Part shown: one piece after another, positions 19,696 through 30,703 of the stretch
Position numbering within the stretch: position 1 is the first letter of the stretch
Layout of the letters: each line of letters starts with the position of its first letter
Source: Gammaproteobacteria bacterium
GTDB lineage: Bacteria > Pseudomonadota > Gammaproteobacteria > Eutrophobiales > Eutrophobiaceae
Assembly (NCBI GenBank): GCA_965238225.1
Contig: OZ250183.1
Location: 416,001 to 480,000 of the forward strand
DNA: 64,000 nt
Direction of reading: 5' to 3'
Notes under the pieces: model-generated
What the model was told of the DNA's origin: nothing
Seen by the model: only the letters and a program-made list of their open reading frames with translations
Databases searched by the model: none
Position numbers and translations under genes: made by a program

Positions 19696-21215
19696 TGATG
19701 TCAGTTGAAAATTTAACATTTTCTAAAACACTCAGTCATCTGTTGCAGGGTTTGGCAGATATTCCAAGTCAAGATGATGTCAAAGTAACAGGCATTACTT
19801 CAGACAGTCGCGTGGTAGATACAGGCGATCTATTTATTGCTTATAAAAATTCAAATATCATGAGTTATGTGAAATCTGCAATTGATTCTGGTGCATCTGC
19901 AGTTGTTATAGAGAGTGATAAGCTTCTGGATGTTCTCAAACATAGTGTGCCCCTTGTTGCGCTCCCTCAATTGTACGAGCAAGCAGGCTTAATTGCGGCA
20001 AGATTTTTTGAACATCCAAGCCGTGCTATGAATGTGATAGGCGTTACAGGTACGAATGGAAAAACCACTGTGAGTTATCTAATTGCGCAGGCATTGGATA
20101 TTAAAAATCCTGGCAAAAGTGGTTTGGTTGGTACTTTGGGTCATGGAGCATTTAACGATATTTGCAAGGGATCTAATACAACTCCGGAGCCAGTGACTCT
20201 GCAAAATATATTTGCAAATTTACGGCAAGGTGGAATTGATTCTGTTGCTATGGAGGTTTCTTCTCAGGGGCTTGCAGAATATCGTGTTGCAAGTGTCGAA
20301 TTTGATATTGTTATATTTACAAATTTAAGCCGTGACCATCTTGATTATCACCAAACAATAGAAAATTATGCGGCTGCAAAACGGCGCTTGTTTAATGAAT
20401 TTTCTGTAAAAAAAGCCGTTATTAATATTGATGATACATTTGGTTGCAAGTTGGTAGAAGAATTTCAGGGTAAGATGGAGCTTGTTGGGTTTTCATTAAA
20501 GCTTAATGATTACAATCGACTTCCTGTCGTGTCGGCCAATATTATTTCCAATAATGCATTAGGCATAATCTTGGAAGTGAATTCTCCATGGGGGGAGGAA
20601 ACATTTAACTCAAGCTTGATTGGCAAGTTTAATGTTGAAAATTTATTGGCATCATTGTCGGCACTTTGTTTGTCCGGTGTTTCATTCGCAGAGGCACTAT
20701 CAGCCTTGTCAAAATGCTCAGGTGCTCCGGGAAGAATGGAATCTTTTAGACAAGAAGGAATGCCTTTAGTCATTGTTGATTATGCGCATACTCCCGATGC
20801 TTTAGATCGGGTGCTCACGGACTTGCGTGCTCAATCTTCAGGAAAACTCGTGTGTGTTTTTGGTTGTGGCGGGAACAGAGATCAAGGTAAACGCATAGAA
20901 ATGGGGAGCATTTCTGAAGCAGTCGCAGATCATATATTTCTGACCAATGACAATCCTAGAAGCGAATCCGCAGATGTAATCATTGAAGATATTGCGAGCG
21001 GCATAAAAGATCCTACTTGTGTCACAAAAGATATGGATAGACGAAATGCCATTATGACAGCGATTTATTCTGCATCAAAAAATGATATTGTATTAATTGC
21101 TGGAAAAGGCCATGAAGATTATCAGGAAATTTCCGGTACACGAATTCCTTTTAGTGATCGTGCAGTCGTGCAAGAAATATTGAATCAGAAAACAACGGTA
21201 ATGCCGAATGATTAG
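19695..21215 (+). CDS. murE: UDP-MurNAc-tripeptide synthetase (meso-DAP ligase)
   Basis: GVTGTNGKTT, DHLDYH, DYAHTPD, DNPR, AGKGHEDYQ. Confidence 0.96.
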   Translation: MMSVENLTFSKTLSHLLQGLADIPSQDDVKVTGITSDSRVVDTGDLFIAYKNSNIMSYVKSAIDSGASAVVIESDKLLDVLKHSVPLVALPQLYEQAGLIAARFFEHPSRAMNVIGVTGTNGKTTVSYLIAQALDIKNPGKSGLVGTLGHGAFNDICKGSNTTPEPVTLQNIFANLRQGGIDSVAMEVSSQGLAEYRVASVEFDIVIFTNLSRDHLDYHQTIENYAAAKRRLFNEFSVKKAVINIDDTFGCKLVEEFQGKMELVGFSLKLNDYNRLPVVSANIISNNALGIILEVNSPWGEETFNSSLIGKFNVENLLASLSALCLSGVSFAEALSALSKCSGAPGRMESFRQEGMPLVIVDYAHTPDALDRVLTDLRAQSSGKLVCVFGCGGNRDQGKRIEMGSISEAVADHIFLTNDNPRSESADVIIEDIASGIKDPTCVTKDMDRRNAIMTAIYSASKNDIVLIAGKGHEDYQEISGTRIPFSDRAVVQEILNQKTTVMPND

Positions 21216-22566
21216 TATGCAAATATCAAAAGCAGCCGAAATTTTACAAGCAAAATATCACGGAGAAGATGTTTATTTTACTGGGTGTAGTACGGACACA
21301 CGCACATTAAAAGGCAAGGAATTATTTATTGCCTTACGTGGTAAAAATTTTGATGGTCATGATTATATTGATAAAGCGCAAACATCTGGAGCCAGCGCTA
21401 TCCTTATTGAAGAAGAATATGACAGTCATGGTTCTTTTTCTGGGTCATCGATTGTTGTTAAGAATACACGACAGGCAATGGGGTTATTAGCTAAAAACTG
21501 GCGAGCAGGATTTCCCATACCATTGGTTGCAATCACAGGCAGTAACGGCAAGACAACAGTGAAAGAAATGCTGGTCGGTATATTACGTTGCAAGGCTTCT
21601 GTGTTGGCTACCCAAGGAAATCTTAATAATGATATTGGTGTGCCACAGACATTATTTGGTCTGCAGGAAGAACATCAATATGCAGTAATTGAGATGGGTG
21701 CTAACCATCCTGGTGAGATTGAATGGCTAGCTCACATCGCCCGACCAACTGTTGCCACGATCACTCAGTGTGCACCAGCGCATCTTCAGGGATTTGGCAG
21801 TATTGAGGGAGTTGCGCGCGCAAAGTCTGAAATTTTTGATGGATTGCAGGAGGATGGTGTTGCCATTATTAATGGCGATGATGATTTCGCTGAATTATGG
21901 CTGGAAAAGAGTAATCACTGCAATAAGCTTACGTTTGGATTAGATAGCAGCAATGAAGTGACCGTTAATATTATTCGTATTAAAGAACAGATGTCTTCTT
22001 TTCTGCTAATAACACCTGTGGGGGATATAGAGTTAACACTGGGCTTGCCCGGCAGACATAATATTGTGAATGCCATGGGAGCAACGGCATGTGCAATTAG
22101 TTTGGGAATTGATTTAGCTACTATCAAACAAGGTCTTGAATTTTTCAGCGCAATGAAAGGACGATTGCAAATTAAGCCTGGTTTGAAGCAATGTCGAATC
22201 ATTGATGATACCTATAATGCTAATCCAGCATCACTGGATGCCGCGTTGAAAGTTTTGAAAAGATTTCCTGGTAGGCATTGGTTGGTTATTGGTGATATGG
22301 GTGAGTTAGGGGATGATGCCGAAGCATTGCATGCGCACGCAGGTGAGGTTAGCAAGATATCAGGTGTAGAACACCTTTATGCGCTGGGTGAGTTGACCCG
22401 TATCAGTGCAGCATCTTTTGGCGAAGGCGCCCAACACGTAAATAGTCATGCACAGCTAATTAGCCTGTTAAGCGAAAAAATTACCTCGGATGTTACCATT
22501 TTGATCAAAGGATCGCGCGCAATGGGAATGGAATATTTGGTTAATGCATTGGAGGCGAATGAATAA
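21208..22566 (+). CDS. murF: UDP-MurNAc-pentapeptide synthetase
   Basis: [35 protein letters not shown]. Confidence 0.97.
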   Translation: MISMQISKAAEILQAKYHGEDVYFTGCSTDTRTLKGKELFIALRGKNFDGHDYIDKAQTSGASAILIEEEYDSHGSFSGSSIVVKNTRQAMGLLAKNWRAGFPIPLVAITGSNGKTTVKEMLVGILRCKASVLATQGNLNNDIGVPQTLFGLQEEHQYAVIEMGANHPGEIEWLAHIARPTVATITQCAPAHLQGFGSIEGVARAKSEIFDGLQEDGVAIINGDDDFAELWLEKSNHCNKLTFGLDSSNEVTVNIIRIKEQMSSFLLITPVGDIELTLGLPGRHNIVNAMGATACAISLGIDLATIKQGLEFFSAMKGRLQIKPGLKQCRIIDDTYNANPASLDAALKVLKRFPGRHWLVIGDMGELGDDAEALHAHAGEVSKISGVEHLYALGELTRISAASFGEGAQHVNSHAQLISLLSEKITSDVTILIKGSRAMGMEYLVNALEANE

Positions 22567-22568
22567 GC

Positions 22569-23651
22569 ATGTTGCTCTGGCTAACTGAATACCTCGCGCA
22601 ATTTTATAGTGGTTTTAATGTTTTTCAATATCTGACTTTACGCACAATTTTTGGTGTATTGACATCGCTTTTCATTTCATTGTTTGTTGGACCTTATTTG
22701 ATAAAGCGATTGAATGAACACCAGATAGGGCAAAGTGTCAGAGATGACGGCCCAAGCTCGCATCTGTCAAAATCCGGAACGCCGACTATGGGCGGTCTGT
22801 TGATTTTGATATCGATTACGGTAAGCACGTTATGTTGGGCTGACCTAAGTAATCGATTTGTTATTGTCGTCTTACTGGTAACACTGGCCTTTGGTGTGGT
22901 CGGCTGGGTTGATGATTATCGCAAGGTTGTTGAGCAGAATTCAAAGGGTTTACCATGGGGGTATAAATATTTTTGGCAATCAGTTGTTGGCTTTATTGCC
23001 GCCATATATCTCTATAATAACGCTGGTTCTCTCGTTGAGACCCAGCTGATTATTCCTTTCATTAAAGATGTAACGATAAATCTTGGTTGGATGTACGTTG
23101 TGCTATCTTATTGCGTTATCGTTGGCAGCAGTAATGCGGTGAATCTTACGGATGGATTGGACGGACTTGCCATTTTGCCCACTGTTCTAGTTTCGGGCGC
23201 TTTAGCGATATTTGCTTATACTGCAGGTCATGTTTATTTCGCAGAGTATCTAGGTGTTCCCTATGTAGAAGGCGTCGGGGAGGTTGCAGTATTTTGTGCT
23301 GCGATAGTTGGTGCGGGACTGGGATTCTTGTGGTTTAACACTTATCCGGCACAGGTTTTTATGGGCGATATCGGCGCATTGGCATTGGGCGCTGCACTAG
23401 GCATTGTTGCAGTAGTAGTCCGTCAGGAATTGGTGCTGTTTATCATGGGCGGCGTGTTTGTGGCGGAAACTTTTTCTGTCATTCTGCAAATTGGTTCTTA
23501 TAAATTAATTGGCAAGAGAATTTTTCGTATGGCACCGCTGCATCACCATTACGAGTTGAAAGGTTGGCCAGAGCCAAGAGTGATTGTCCGTTTCTGGATA
23601 ATTACTGTAATACTTGTATTGATTGGTCTTGCCAGTTTGAAAGTGAGGTGA
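22569..23651 (+). CDS. mraY: phospho-MurNAc-pentapeptide transferase
   Basis: [33 protein letters not shown]. Confidence 0.98.
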   Translation: MLLWLTEYLAQFYSGFNVFQYLTLRTIFGVLTSLFISLFVGPYLIKRLNEHQIGQSVRDDGPSSHLSKSGTPTMGGLLILISITVSTLCWADLSNRFVIVVLLVTLAFGVVGWVDDYRKVVEQNSKGLPWGYKYFWQSVVGFIAAIYLYNNAGSLVETQLIIPFIKDVTINLGWMYVVLSYCVIVGSSNAVNLTDGLDGLAILPTVLVSGALAIFAYTAGHVYFAEYLGVPYVEGVGEVAVFCAAIVGAGLGFLWFNTYPAQVFMGDIGALALGAALGIVAVVVRQELVLFIMGGVFVAETFSVILQIGSYKLIGKRIFRMAPLHHHYELKGWPEPRVIVRFWIITVILVLIGLASLKVR

Positions 23652-23661
23652 GGCAAGAATT

Positions 23662-25053
23662 TTGGAACGTACAGAGACGATTGCTGTTGAAATGACACAG
23701 ACAAACAAACAATTTAATACTGTTGTTGTGGGTCTTGGTAAGACAGGTTTTTCTTGCGCACGATATCTGGCCGCACAAGGAATGAATTTTGCGGTCACGG
23801 ATAGTCGTGATGAACCGCCTATGTTGAATGATATGAAAGCAACTTTACCTGATATTCCGTTATCTTTGGGTGAATTTGATAAATCTTTATTAACAAATGC
23901 TGATCATTTGTTGGTAAGTCCTGGGGTATCTTTGCGAGATGATGCCATCGTTGAGGCCATTGACTCAGGTGCCGAAGTATTTGGTGACATTGAATTGTTT
24001 TGTCGAAATATTTCAGCTCCTGTTATTGCAGTTACAGGATCAAATGGCAAAAGCACCGTTACCACACTGGTTGCAGAAATGGCCAGAGCAGCTAATTTTA
24101 ATGTTGCTGAAGGTGGCAATTTAGGAATCCCTCCACTGGATTTACTTAGCGCTGCTGAACCTGATGTTTATGTGCTGGAATTATCAAGTTTCCAATTAGA
24201 GACAGTGACCTCATTGAATGCCATAGCATCCGTTGTTTTGAATATCTCACCAGATCATATGGATAGATATGCAAATTTGGAAGAATATAAAACGGCAAAG
24301 GAGCGCATTTACGGCGGTAGTGGAACAATAATTATTAATCTTGATGATCCTGCTGTCAGAAGCATGGCTCAAGCTAAAAGAGCTTGTGTTGGCTTTACCT
24401 TATTTGAACCTGAGTCAAATGATTATGGTGTGCGTGACTATGGTGGTATGCGCTGGATAGTGAAAGGCGCTGAAAGATTAATTCCTGAAAATGATCTTCG
24501 TATCAAAGGCAAACATAACATTACTAATGCGATGGCTGCGATGGCATTAGCGGCAACATTGGGCTGCCCTTGGGAGCCTATGTTAAGTGTGTTGCGTTCA
24601 TTCCGAGGCTTGGAGCATCGGTGTCAGTGGATTGCCGAGCATGAGAATATAGAATGGTTTAATGATTCCAAGGGTACGAATGTTGGCGCAACTTGTGCAG
24701 CTATTAAAGGTTTATCTGTAAATGAAAATATTATATTGATAGCAGGTGGTGACGGAAAGGGCGCAGATTTTTTAGAATTAGAGGGTGTTGCAGAAGGCAG
24801 ATTAAAGGCAGTTATAGTGCTGGGAAAAGATGGGTCTAAAATCGGCAAGGTGCTTATAAATGTAGTGCCAGTTCATTCTGTTGATAGTATAGAAATGGCG
24901 GTTGAGACTGCAGTAAAAATAGCAAAGGCTGAGGATATTGTTTTACTCTCGCCTGCATGTGCGAGTTTTGATATGTTTGAAAATTACGAAGCGCGCGGTG
25001 ATGCATTTATTGCAGCTGTCAAAAATATGATTGGCGATGAATGTCATGTATAG
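23662..25053 (+). CDS. murD: UDP-MurNAc-L-Ala:D-Glu ligase
   Basis: VTGSNGKSTVT, ELSSFQLE, NDSKGTNVGA, SPACASFDMF; start is TTG 23662 or ATG 23692. Confidence 0.96.
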   Translation: MERTETIAVEMTQTNKQFNTVVVGLGKTGFSCARYLAAQGMNFAVTDSRDEPPMLNDMKATLPDIPLSLGEFDKSLLTNADHLLVSPGVSLRDDAIVEAIDSGAEVFGDIELFCRNISAPVIAVTGSNGKSTVTTLVAEMARAANFNVAEGGNLGIPPLDLLSAAEPDVYVLELSSFQLETVTSLNAIASVVLNISPDHMDRYANLEEYKTAKERIYGGSGTIIINLDDPAVRSMAQAKRACVGFTLFEPESNDYGVRDYGGMRWIVKGAERLIPENDLRIKGKHNITNAMAAMALAATLGCPWEPMLSVLRSFRGLEHRCQWIAEHENIEWFNDSKGTNVGATCAAIKGLSVNENIILIAGGDGKGADFLELEGVAEGRLKAVIVLGKDGSKIGKVLINVVPVHSVDSIEMAVETAVKIAKAEDIVLLSPACASFDMFENYEARGDAFIAAVKNMIGDECHV

Positions 25054-26239
25054 ACAACAGCAAGCTATCCCAAAAAATTATTCATCAAATAAAAATGCCT
25101 TGTTTGGTTCTTATGATACTTTATTGATGACAACGATCATTCTTCTTGTTGGTCTTGGTCTTGTTATGGTTGCCTCATCGTCAATTGCCACAGCTGATCG
25201 TCAGTTTTATGAACCCTTATATTATTTTTGGCGACAATTCTTTGCAGTTGCGATTGGGTTATTTTTGATCGCTGTTATACCAAAGGTGCCTTTGTCCTTC
25301 TGGGAGCTCTTAAGCCTGCCGTTACTTGTTCTGGGCTTGTTATTGCTAATTTTGGTGTTAATCCCCGGGGTCGGTAAAGAGGTTAACGGGAGTATACGGT
25401 GGATTAGTATGGGTTCGTTTTCACTTCAAGCATCTGAGCCTGTTAAATTTTGTATCATTGCCTACCTTGCAAGCTACATGGTGCGTCATGGCGAGGATGT
25501 CAGGAATAATTTTACTGGATTTTTCAAACCTATTTTTGTGCTGGCAGCCACCGTAGGTTTATTGTTATTTGAACCAGACTACGGTTCTGGTGTTGTATTA
25601 CTTATCACAGTATTAGGTATGTTGTTTATAGGCGGTGTTCCACTTGTAAAGTTTTTTGCTGGAGTATCAGTAGTAATATTTGTTCTTGCGGGCTTGGCTG
25701 TGTCGTCACCTTATCGATTGCAGAGATTAATGAGTTTTTCTGATCCGTGGCAAGATCCTTTTGATAGCGGGTTTCAGTTGACCCAGGCTCTAATTGCATT
25801 CGGGCGCGGGGATTGGTTTGGGCTTGGTCTCGGTAGCAGTGTGCAAAAATTGTTTTATTTACCCGAGGCGCATACTGATTTTGTATTTTCTGTTTTTGCT
25901 GAAGAATTTGGATTATTGGGCTCAATAACCCTTATTTTATTATTCAGTTTTTTAGTCTGGCGCGCGTTTATAATCGGACACGTTGCTGAACAAATTGGAA
26001 GACTATTTGCAGCCTATCTAGCTTACGGAATTGGTTTGATTATTGGCGTTCAGGCGTTCATTAACATGGGCGTTAATCTTGGCGTTTTACCTACCAAAGG
26101 ATTGACCTTGCCTCTAATTAGTTATGGCGGTAATAGCGTGATAACTAGCTGTTTCCTGCTGGGTATTTTATTGCGGGTAGAAGTAGAAAATCGACAGACA
26201 AGAAAACCATTTGCTAGGAGAAAATCCTATACAAAATAG
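25046..26239 (+). CDS. ftsW: SEDS peptidoglycan polymerase FtsW
   Basis: NGSIRW, QASE, EPDYG, YLPEAHTDF, PTKGLTLPLISYGG; start uncertain (25031, 25037 or 25046). Confidence 0.96.
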   Translation: MYRQQQAIPKNYSSNKNALFGSYDTLLMTTIILLVGLGLVMVASSSIATADRQFYEPLYYFWRQFFAVAIGLFLIAVIPKVPLSFWELLSLPLLVLGLLLLILVLIPGVGKEVNGSIRWISMGSFSLQASEPVKFCIIAYLASYMVRHGEDVRNNFTGFFKPIFVLAATVGLLLFEPDYGSGVVLLITVLGMLFIGGVPLVKFFAGVSVVIFVLAGLAVSSPYRLQRLMSFSDPWQDPFDSGFQLTQALIAFGRGDWFGLGLGSSVQKLFYLPEAHTDFVFSVFAEEFGLLGSITLILLFSFLVWRAFIIGHVAEQIGRLFAAYLAYGIGLIIGVQAFINMGVNLGVLPTKGLTLPLISYGGNSVITSCFLLGILLRVEVENRQTRKPFARRKSYTK

Positions 26240-27314
26240 ACCAATCTTAATTATGGCAGGCGGTACTGGCGGGCACATTTACCCAGCCTTGGCAGTCGCA
26301 AATTGCCTGCATGAAAGAAATATTCCTACCTTATGGCTTGGAACCAAAAAGGGGCTGGAGGCAAAAATAGTTCCGCAGCATGGGCTTAAATTACTTACTA
26401 TTAACATTAGTGGCTTACGCGGTAAGGGGTTTGTGCGCTGGCTCACTGCGCCACTTTCAATATTGATGGCGATAGTTCAATCAATCTTTGTTTTAAATCA
26501 GCACAAACCTGCTGCCGTTTTAGGTATGGGTGGTTTTGTAAGTGGTCCTGGAGGAATTGCTGCATGGTTAATGCGTATACCTTTGTGCGTGCACGAACAA
26601 AATGCCGCCGCCGGTTTGACTAACAAGCTACTGGCGCCATTTGCCGATATTGTTATGGAGGCCTTTCCAAATACATTTTCATCATCAGTCAATGCAAATA
26701 TGACAGGCAACCCTGTGCGTGAAGAAATCATAGGAATTTCTGATCCGCAAGAGCGTTTTCAAAATCGACCTAATGATTGTTTGCATATTTTGGTAGTGGG
26801 AGGAAGTCGTGGATCTAGGACATTGAACGAAGTTGTTCCTGAGGCACTTTCCATTTTTTGTGAAGATATGAATTTTCAGGTAAAACATCAAACAGGCGAT
26901 AGAAATCTGCAATCTACTAAAGCCCTTTATCAGTCTTTGAATATTTCTGTTGATCTGCAGGCCTATATAGATGATATGGCTGCAGCATATGAGTGGGCTG
27001 ATCTGGTTTTGTGTAGATCTGGCGCAATGACAGTGGCAGAAATTGCAGCGGTTGGTGTTGCTGCAATCTTCATCCCATATCCTTATGCAGCAGATGATCA
27101 TCAAACTGCTAATGCACATTATCTCAGTGCTGAAGGTGCTGCTATTTTAATTCAGGAAGCAGAATTAAATAGCCAGGTCTTAGCTGAATTATTCAAAGAT
27201 TTCTCACTGAATCGGGATAGTTTGTTGAGGATGGCCAATACTTCTCGATCTTTATCCATGCGGGTAGCGACAGGCCATGTTACAGATTTGTGTATAGAGG
27301 TGGCTTATGCCTGA
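26229..27314 (+). CDS. murG: lipid II GlcNAc transferase MurG (probable ATA start at 26229; track start is TTG 26211)
   Basis: MAGGTGGHIYP, HEQNA, GNPVR, GGSRG, CRSGAMTVAE, DDHQTANA. Confidence 0.96.
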   Translation: MQNRPILIMAGGTGGHIYPALAVANCLHERNIPTLWLGTKKGLEAKIVPQHGLKLLTINISGLRGKGFVRWLTAPLSILMAIVQSIFVLNQHKPAAVLGMGGFVSGPGGIAAWLMRIPLCVHEQNAAAGLTNKLLAPFADIVMEAFPNTFSSSVNANMTGNPVREEIIGISDPQERFQNRPNDCLHILVVGGSRGSRTLNEVVPEALSIFCEDMNFQVKHQTGDRNLQSTKALYQSLNISVDLQAYIDDMAAAYEWADLVLCRSGAMTVAEIAAVGVAAIFIPYPYAADDHQTANAHYLSAEGAAILIQEAELNSQVLAELFKDFSLNRDSLLRMANTSRSLSMRVATGHVTDLCIEVAYA

Positions 27315-28731
27315 ATACAGGAATTCTGCCTCGGGTGATAATGCCATGGGTCGGGTAAATCGTATTCATTTTGTAGGTATTGGCGGCGCGGGTATGAGTG
27401 GCATCGCTGAGGTATTGTATAATCTGGGTTATCAGGTATCTGGATCCGACCAGCGGGAAAGTCTTGTGACTAAGCACTTATTTTCGCTCGGTATCAATAT
27501 TAAAATTGCTCACGATCCTGTTCAGGTGGATGGTTGCGATGTAGTAGTTATTTCCAGCGCTATCGCCGCTGATAATCCTGAATTGCTTGAAGCGCGGGCA
27601 AAAAAAATACCCGTAATACCGCGTGCAGAAATGTTGGCAGAATTGATGCGGTTTCAGCAAGGAATTGCTGTCGCAGGGACGCATGGCAAGACAACAACAA
27701 CAAGCCTGATTGCCAGTATTCTTGCAGAAGGTGGGCTTGATCCGACTTATGTGATTGGTGGCTTACTTAACAGTTCTGGATCACATGCTTGTTTAGGCAC
27801 AGGAAAATATATGGTTGTCGAGGCAGATGAAAGCGATGCTTCTTTTTTACATCTACAACCGATGATTGCGATCCTTACGAATGTAGATGCCGACCATCTT
27901 GAAACCTATGGCGGCGATATTAATTGTTTGCAAGAAAATTTTATTGAGTTTCTTCATCACCTGCCTTTTTATGGCTTGGCTGTTATTTGTCTGGATGATG
28001 CAGGTGTCAGAAAAATAATGAGGGATATTCTCAAGCCTTTCAAGACATATGGTTTTGACGTAAACGCAGATTATTTTGCACATAATATTCGCCACCAAGG
28101 ACAGCAAAGTTGTTTTCAGGTTGCGCACGCAGATAAAAAAGAATGGCTACAAGTAAAATTAAATTTGTTGGGCAAACACAATATTTTGAATGCGTTGGCA
28201 GCAATTGTCGTGGCACATGAAGTGGGTATTGCCGATGAATCAATTATTACCGCGCTTGCTGAATTTCAAGGTATCGACAGACGTTGCCAAGTTCTTGGTG
28301 AAATAAATATTCAAAACAAAAAAATTCTGCTTGTTGATGATTATGCGCATCACCCTCGTGAAATAGATACAACATTACAGGGGGTTCGGCAAGGATGGCC
28401 CAATAAACGTATTGTCGTTATTTTCCAGCCACATCGTTTTACAAGAACCAGAGATTTATTTGAAGATTTTTGTCTGGCGCTCTCCGAGCCTGACAGGTTG
28501 TTATTGTTGGATATCTACGGTGCAGGAGAAAATCCTATTACTGGCGCTGATAGCAGGTCACTGTGCCGAGCAATTCGCCAGAGAGGCCAGGTTGATCCAA
28601 TTTTCGTTGAGCAACATGAAGAAATACCACAATTACTGGAAAGTCTTATTGAAGAAAATGATTTGTTGCTGGTGTTAGGTGCGGGAAATGTTAGTACGGT
28701 ATCTGTGAATTTGTTACAGCAGTATGGCTAA
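27307..28731 (+). CDS. murC: UDP-MurNAc:L-Ala ligase
   Basis: HFVGIGGAGMSGIA, AGTHGKTTTT, EADESD, DDYAHHP. Confidence 0.97.
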   Translation: MPEYRNSASGDNAMGRVNRIHFVGIGGAGMSGIAEVLYNLGYQVSGSDQRESLVTKHLFSLGINIKIAHDPVQVDGCDVVVISSAIAADNPELLEARAKKIPVIPRAEMLAELMRFQQGIAVAGTHGKTTTTSLIASILAEGGLDPTYVIGGLLNSSGSHACLGTGKYMVVEADESDASFLHLQPMIAILTNVDADHLETYGGDINCLQENFIEFLHHLPFYGLAVICLDDAGVRKIMRDILKPFKTYGFDVNADYFAHNIRHQGQQSCFQVAHADKKEWLQVKLNLLGKHNILNALAAIVVAHEVGIADESIITALAEFQGIDRRCQVLGEINIQNKKILLVDDYAHHPREIDTTLQGVRQGWPNKRIVVIFQPHRFTRTRDLFEDFCLALSEPDRLLLLDIYGAGENPITGADSRSLCRAIRQRGQVDPIFVEQHEEIPQLLESLIEENDLLLVLGAGNVSTVSVNLLQQYG

Positions 28732-28841
28732 AAGAAGTGATTGAGAGAATTTTTGAGAAAACTAAGGTGCTAAGTGAAACAAAAGAATTCTATGAACTAT
28801 CGAGCCTATGTGAAATATTAGCGCTTAATAACACTGGGTCT

Positions 28842-29774
28842 ATGAGAAAAAAATATTCGAAAAAATGCAGCGGGCTAGATATCGAAGTACGCGGTGTCAT
28901 AAATCTGAATGAGCCTATGAAAAAGCATACTTCATGGAGAGCAGGAGGCCATGCTGAACGTTACTTTAAGCCAGCTGATGTTGATGATCTCTATTCTTTT
29001 CTCAAACAAGTGCCAGCGGACGAACCCCTTTTATGGTTTGGTCTTGGCAGCAATCTTCTGGTGCGCGATGGAGGATTGCGAGGAACAGTTATCGCATGCT
29101 CAAAAGTATTGGATGATCTGCATATTTATGATGATGTCAGTATACATGTTGGTGCCGGAGTTGCTTGCGCGAAAGTCGCACGCATGAGTGTAAAAGATGG
29201 CTTATCGGGTGCTGAATTCTTGGCTGGCATTCCCGGAACAATGGGCGGTGCTTTGGCGATGAATGCAGGAGCATTTGGTGAGGAAACCTGGAATATTGTT
29301 CGTAGTGTTGAAACCATCGATAGACAAGGGCAGCGAATTAAAAGAGCTGCATCAGATTTTGAGACAGCTTATCGGCATGTGAATTTGTTCAAGGGTGAGT
29401 GGTTTATTTCCGCAGAGTTGTTACTTGCTCGAGATGAAGATACCAACGGCTTGGAGCGAATGCAGGCATTATTAAATCAGCGAGCAAAAAACCAACCGAT
29501 AGGAAAGACAAGTTGTGGTTCTGTATTCTGTAACCCTGAAAGTGATTATGCGGCGAGACTAATAGAAGCCAGCGGGCTTAAAGGCCAAACAATCGGCAGC
29601 GCTTGCGTATCTGATAAACATGCGAATTTTATTATCAACATGGGAGGTGCAAGTGCTCAAGATATTGAATCTTTGATATTGTTTATTCAAGAAAAAGTAA
29701 AGCTTGCTCATGGTATTTATTTGGTTCCTGAAGTCAGGATTGTTGGCGAACACGAAAAGTATGACAGGTCTTGA
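28842..29774 (+). CDS. murB: UDP-N-acetylenolpyruvoylglucosamine reductase
   Basis: HTSWRAGG, GLGSNLLVRDGG, GIPGTMGGALAMNAGA, CGSVF, HANFIIN; start uncertain (track 28737). Confidence 0.95.
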   Translation: MRKKYSKKCSGLDIEVRGVINLNEPMKKHTSWRAGGHAERYFKPADVDDLYSFLKQVPADEPLLWFGLGSNLLVRDGGLRGTVIACSKVLDDLHIYDDVSIHVGAGVACAKVARMSVKDGLSGAEFLAGIPGTMGGALAMNAGAFGEETWNIVRSVETIDRQGQRIKRAASDFETAYRHVNLFKGEWFISAELLLARDEDTNGLERMQALLNQRAKNQPIGKTSCGSVFCNPESDYAARLIEASGLKGQTIGSACVSDKHANFIINMGGASAQDIESLILFIQEKVKLAHGIYLVPEVRIVGEHEKYDRS

Positions 29775-30687
29775 AAAGACAATTCAATTTGGGAAGGTGG
29801 CCGTAATGATGGGTGGTTCATCAACTGAGCGGGAAATTTCTCTGCAGAGTGGGCGGGCAGTTTTCGAAGCTTTGCAACGGCAAAAAATTGATGCCCATAT
29901 TGTTGACCCCTGTGAAAATTTAATGACGCAACTTATAAATGGAAAATTTGATCGTGTGTTTATCGTTTTACATGGAAGGGGAGGTGAAGATGGTTTGATG
30001 CAAGGGTTGTTGGAAATTTTGGAACTACCTTACACAGGCAGTGGCGTGCTTGGCTCTTCTTTAGCTATGGATAAGTGTAGAAGCAAGCGAATTTGGCAAA
30101 GCCATGAATTACCTACACCAGCGTTTATTGAATTGAATGAGCACTCTGATTGGCAAGCTGTTGTTGAATATTTAGGACTGCCTCTAATTGTTAAGCCCGT
30201 CAGGGAGGGCTCTAGCTATGGTGCCAGTAAGGTTAATGAATCAGGTGAATTGGAAAGTGCCTGGCGAAAAGCGCATGAATATGACGGGAGAGTGATGGCT
30301 GAGTCATGGACTACAGGAGATGAATATGCTGTTTCTATTTTGGGCGATGAAGTATTGCCTATGATTAGGCTGGAAACCCCGAGAGAATTTTATGATTATG
30401 AAGCTAAATATATTGCAGATACAACACAGTACCATTGCCCCTGTGGGCTTGATACTGATATTGAGAATGAATTAGGTAAGTTGGCATTTGCAGCCTTTAA
30501 GGTATTGGCTGCCAGTGGCTGGGGGCGTGTCGATTTCATTTTAGATACTGAAGATAAACCATGGTTAATAGAAGTGAATACGGTTCCGGGGATGACCGGT
30601 CATAGTTTGGCACCCATGTCTGCAAAGCAGGCAGGCATGAGTTTTGATGATTTAACATTAAGGATATTAGCATCCAGTTTGCAATGA
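29761..30687 (+). CDS. ddl: D-alanine-D-alanine ligase
   Basis: GGSSTEREISLQSG, LHGRGGEDG, FYDYEAKY, EVNTVPGMT. Confidence 0.96.
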   Translation: MTGLEKTIQFGKVAVMMGGSSTEREISLQSGRAVFEALQRQKIDAHIVDPCENLMTQLINGKFDRVFIVLHGRGGEDGLMQGLLEILELPYTGSGVLGSSLAMDKCRSKRIWQSHELPTPAFIELNEHSDWQAVVEYLGLPLIVKPVREGSSYGASKVNESGELESAWRKAHEYDGRVMAESWTTGDEYAVSILGDEVLPMIRLETPREFYDYEAKYIADTTQYHCPCGLDTDIENELGKLAFAAFKVLAASGWGRVDFILDTEDKPWLIEVNTVPGMTGHSLAPMSAKQAGMSFDDLTLRILASSLQ

Positions 30688-30703
30688 TAACGAGCAATTT
30701 TTT

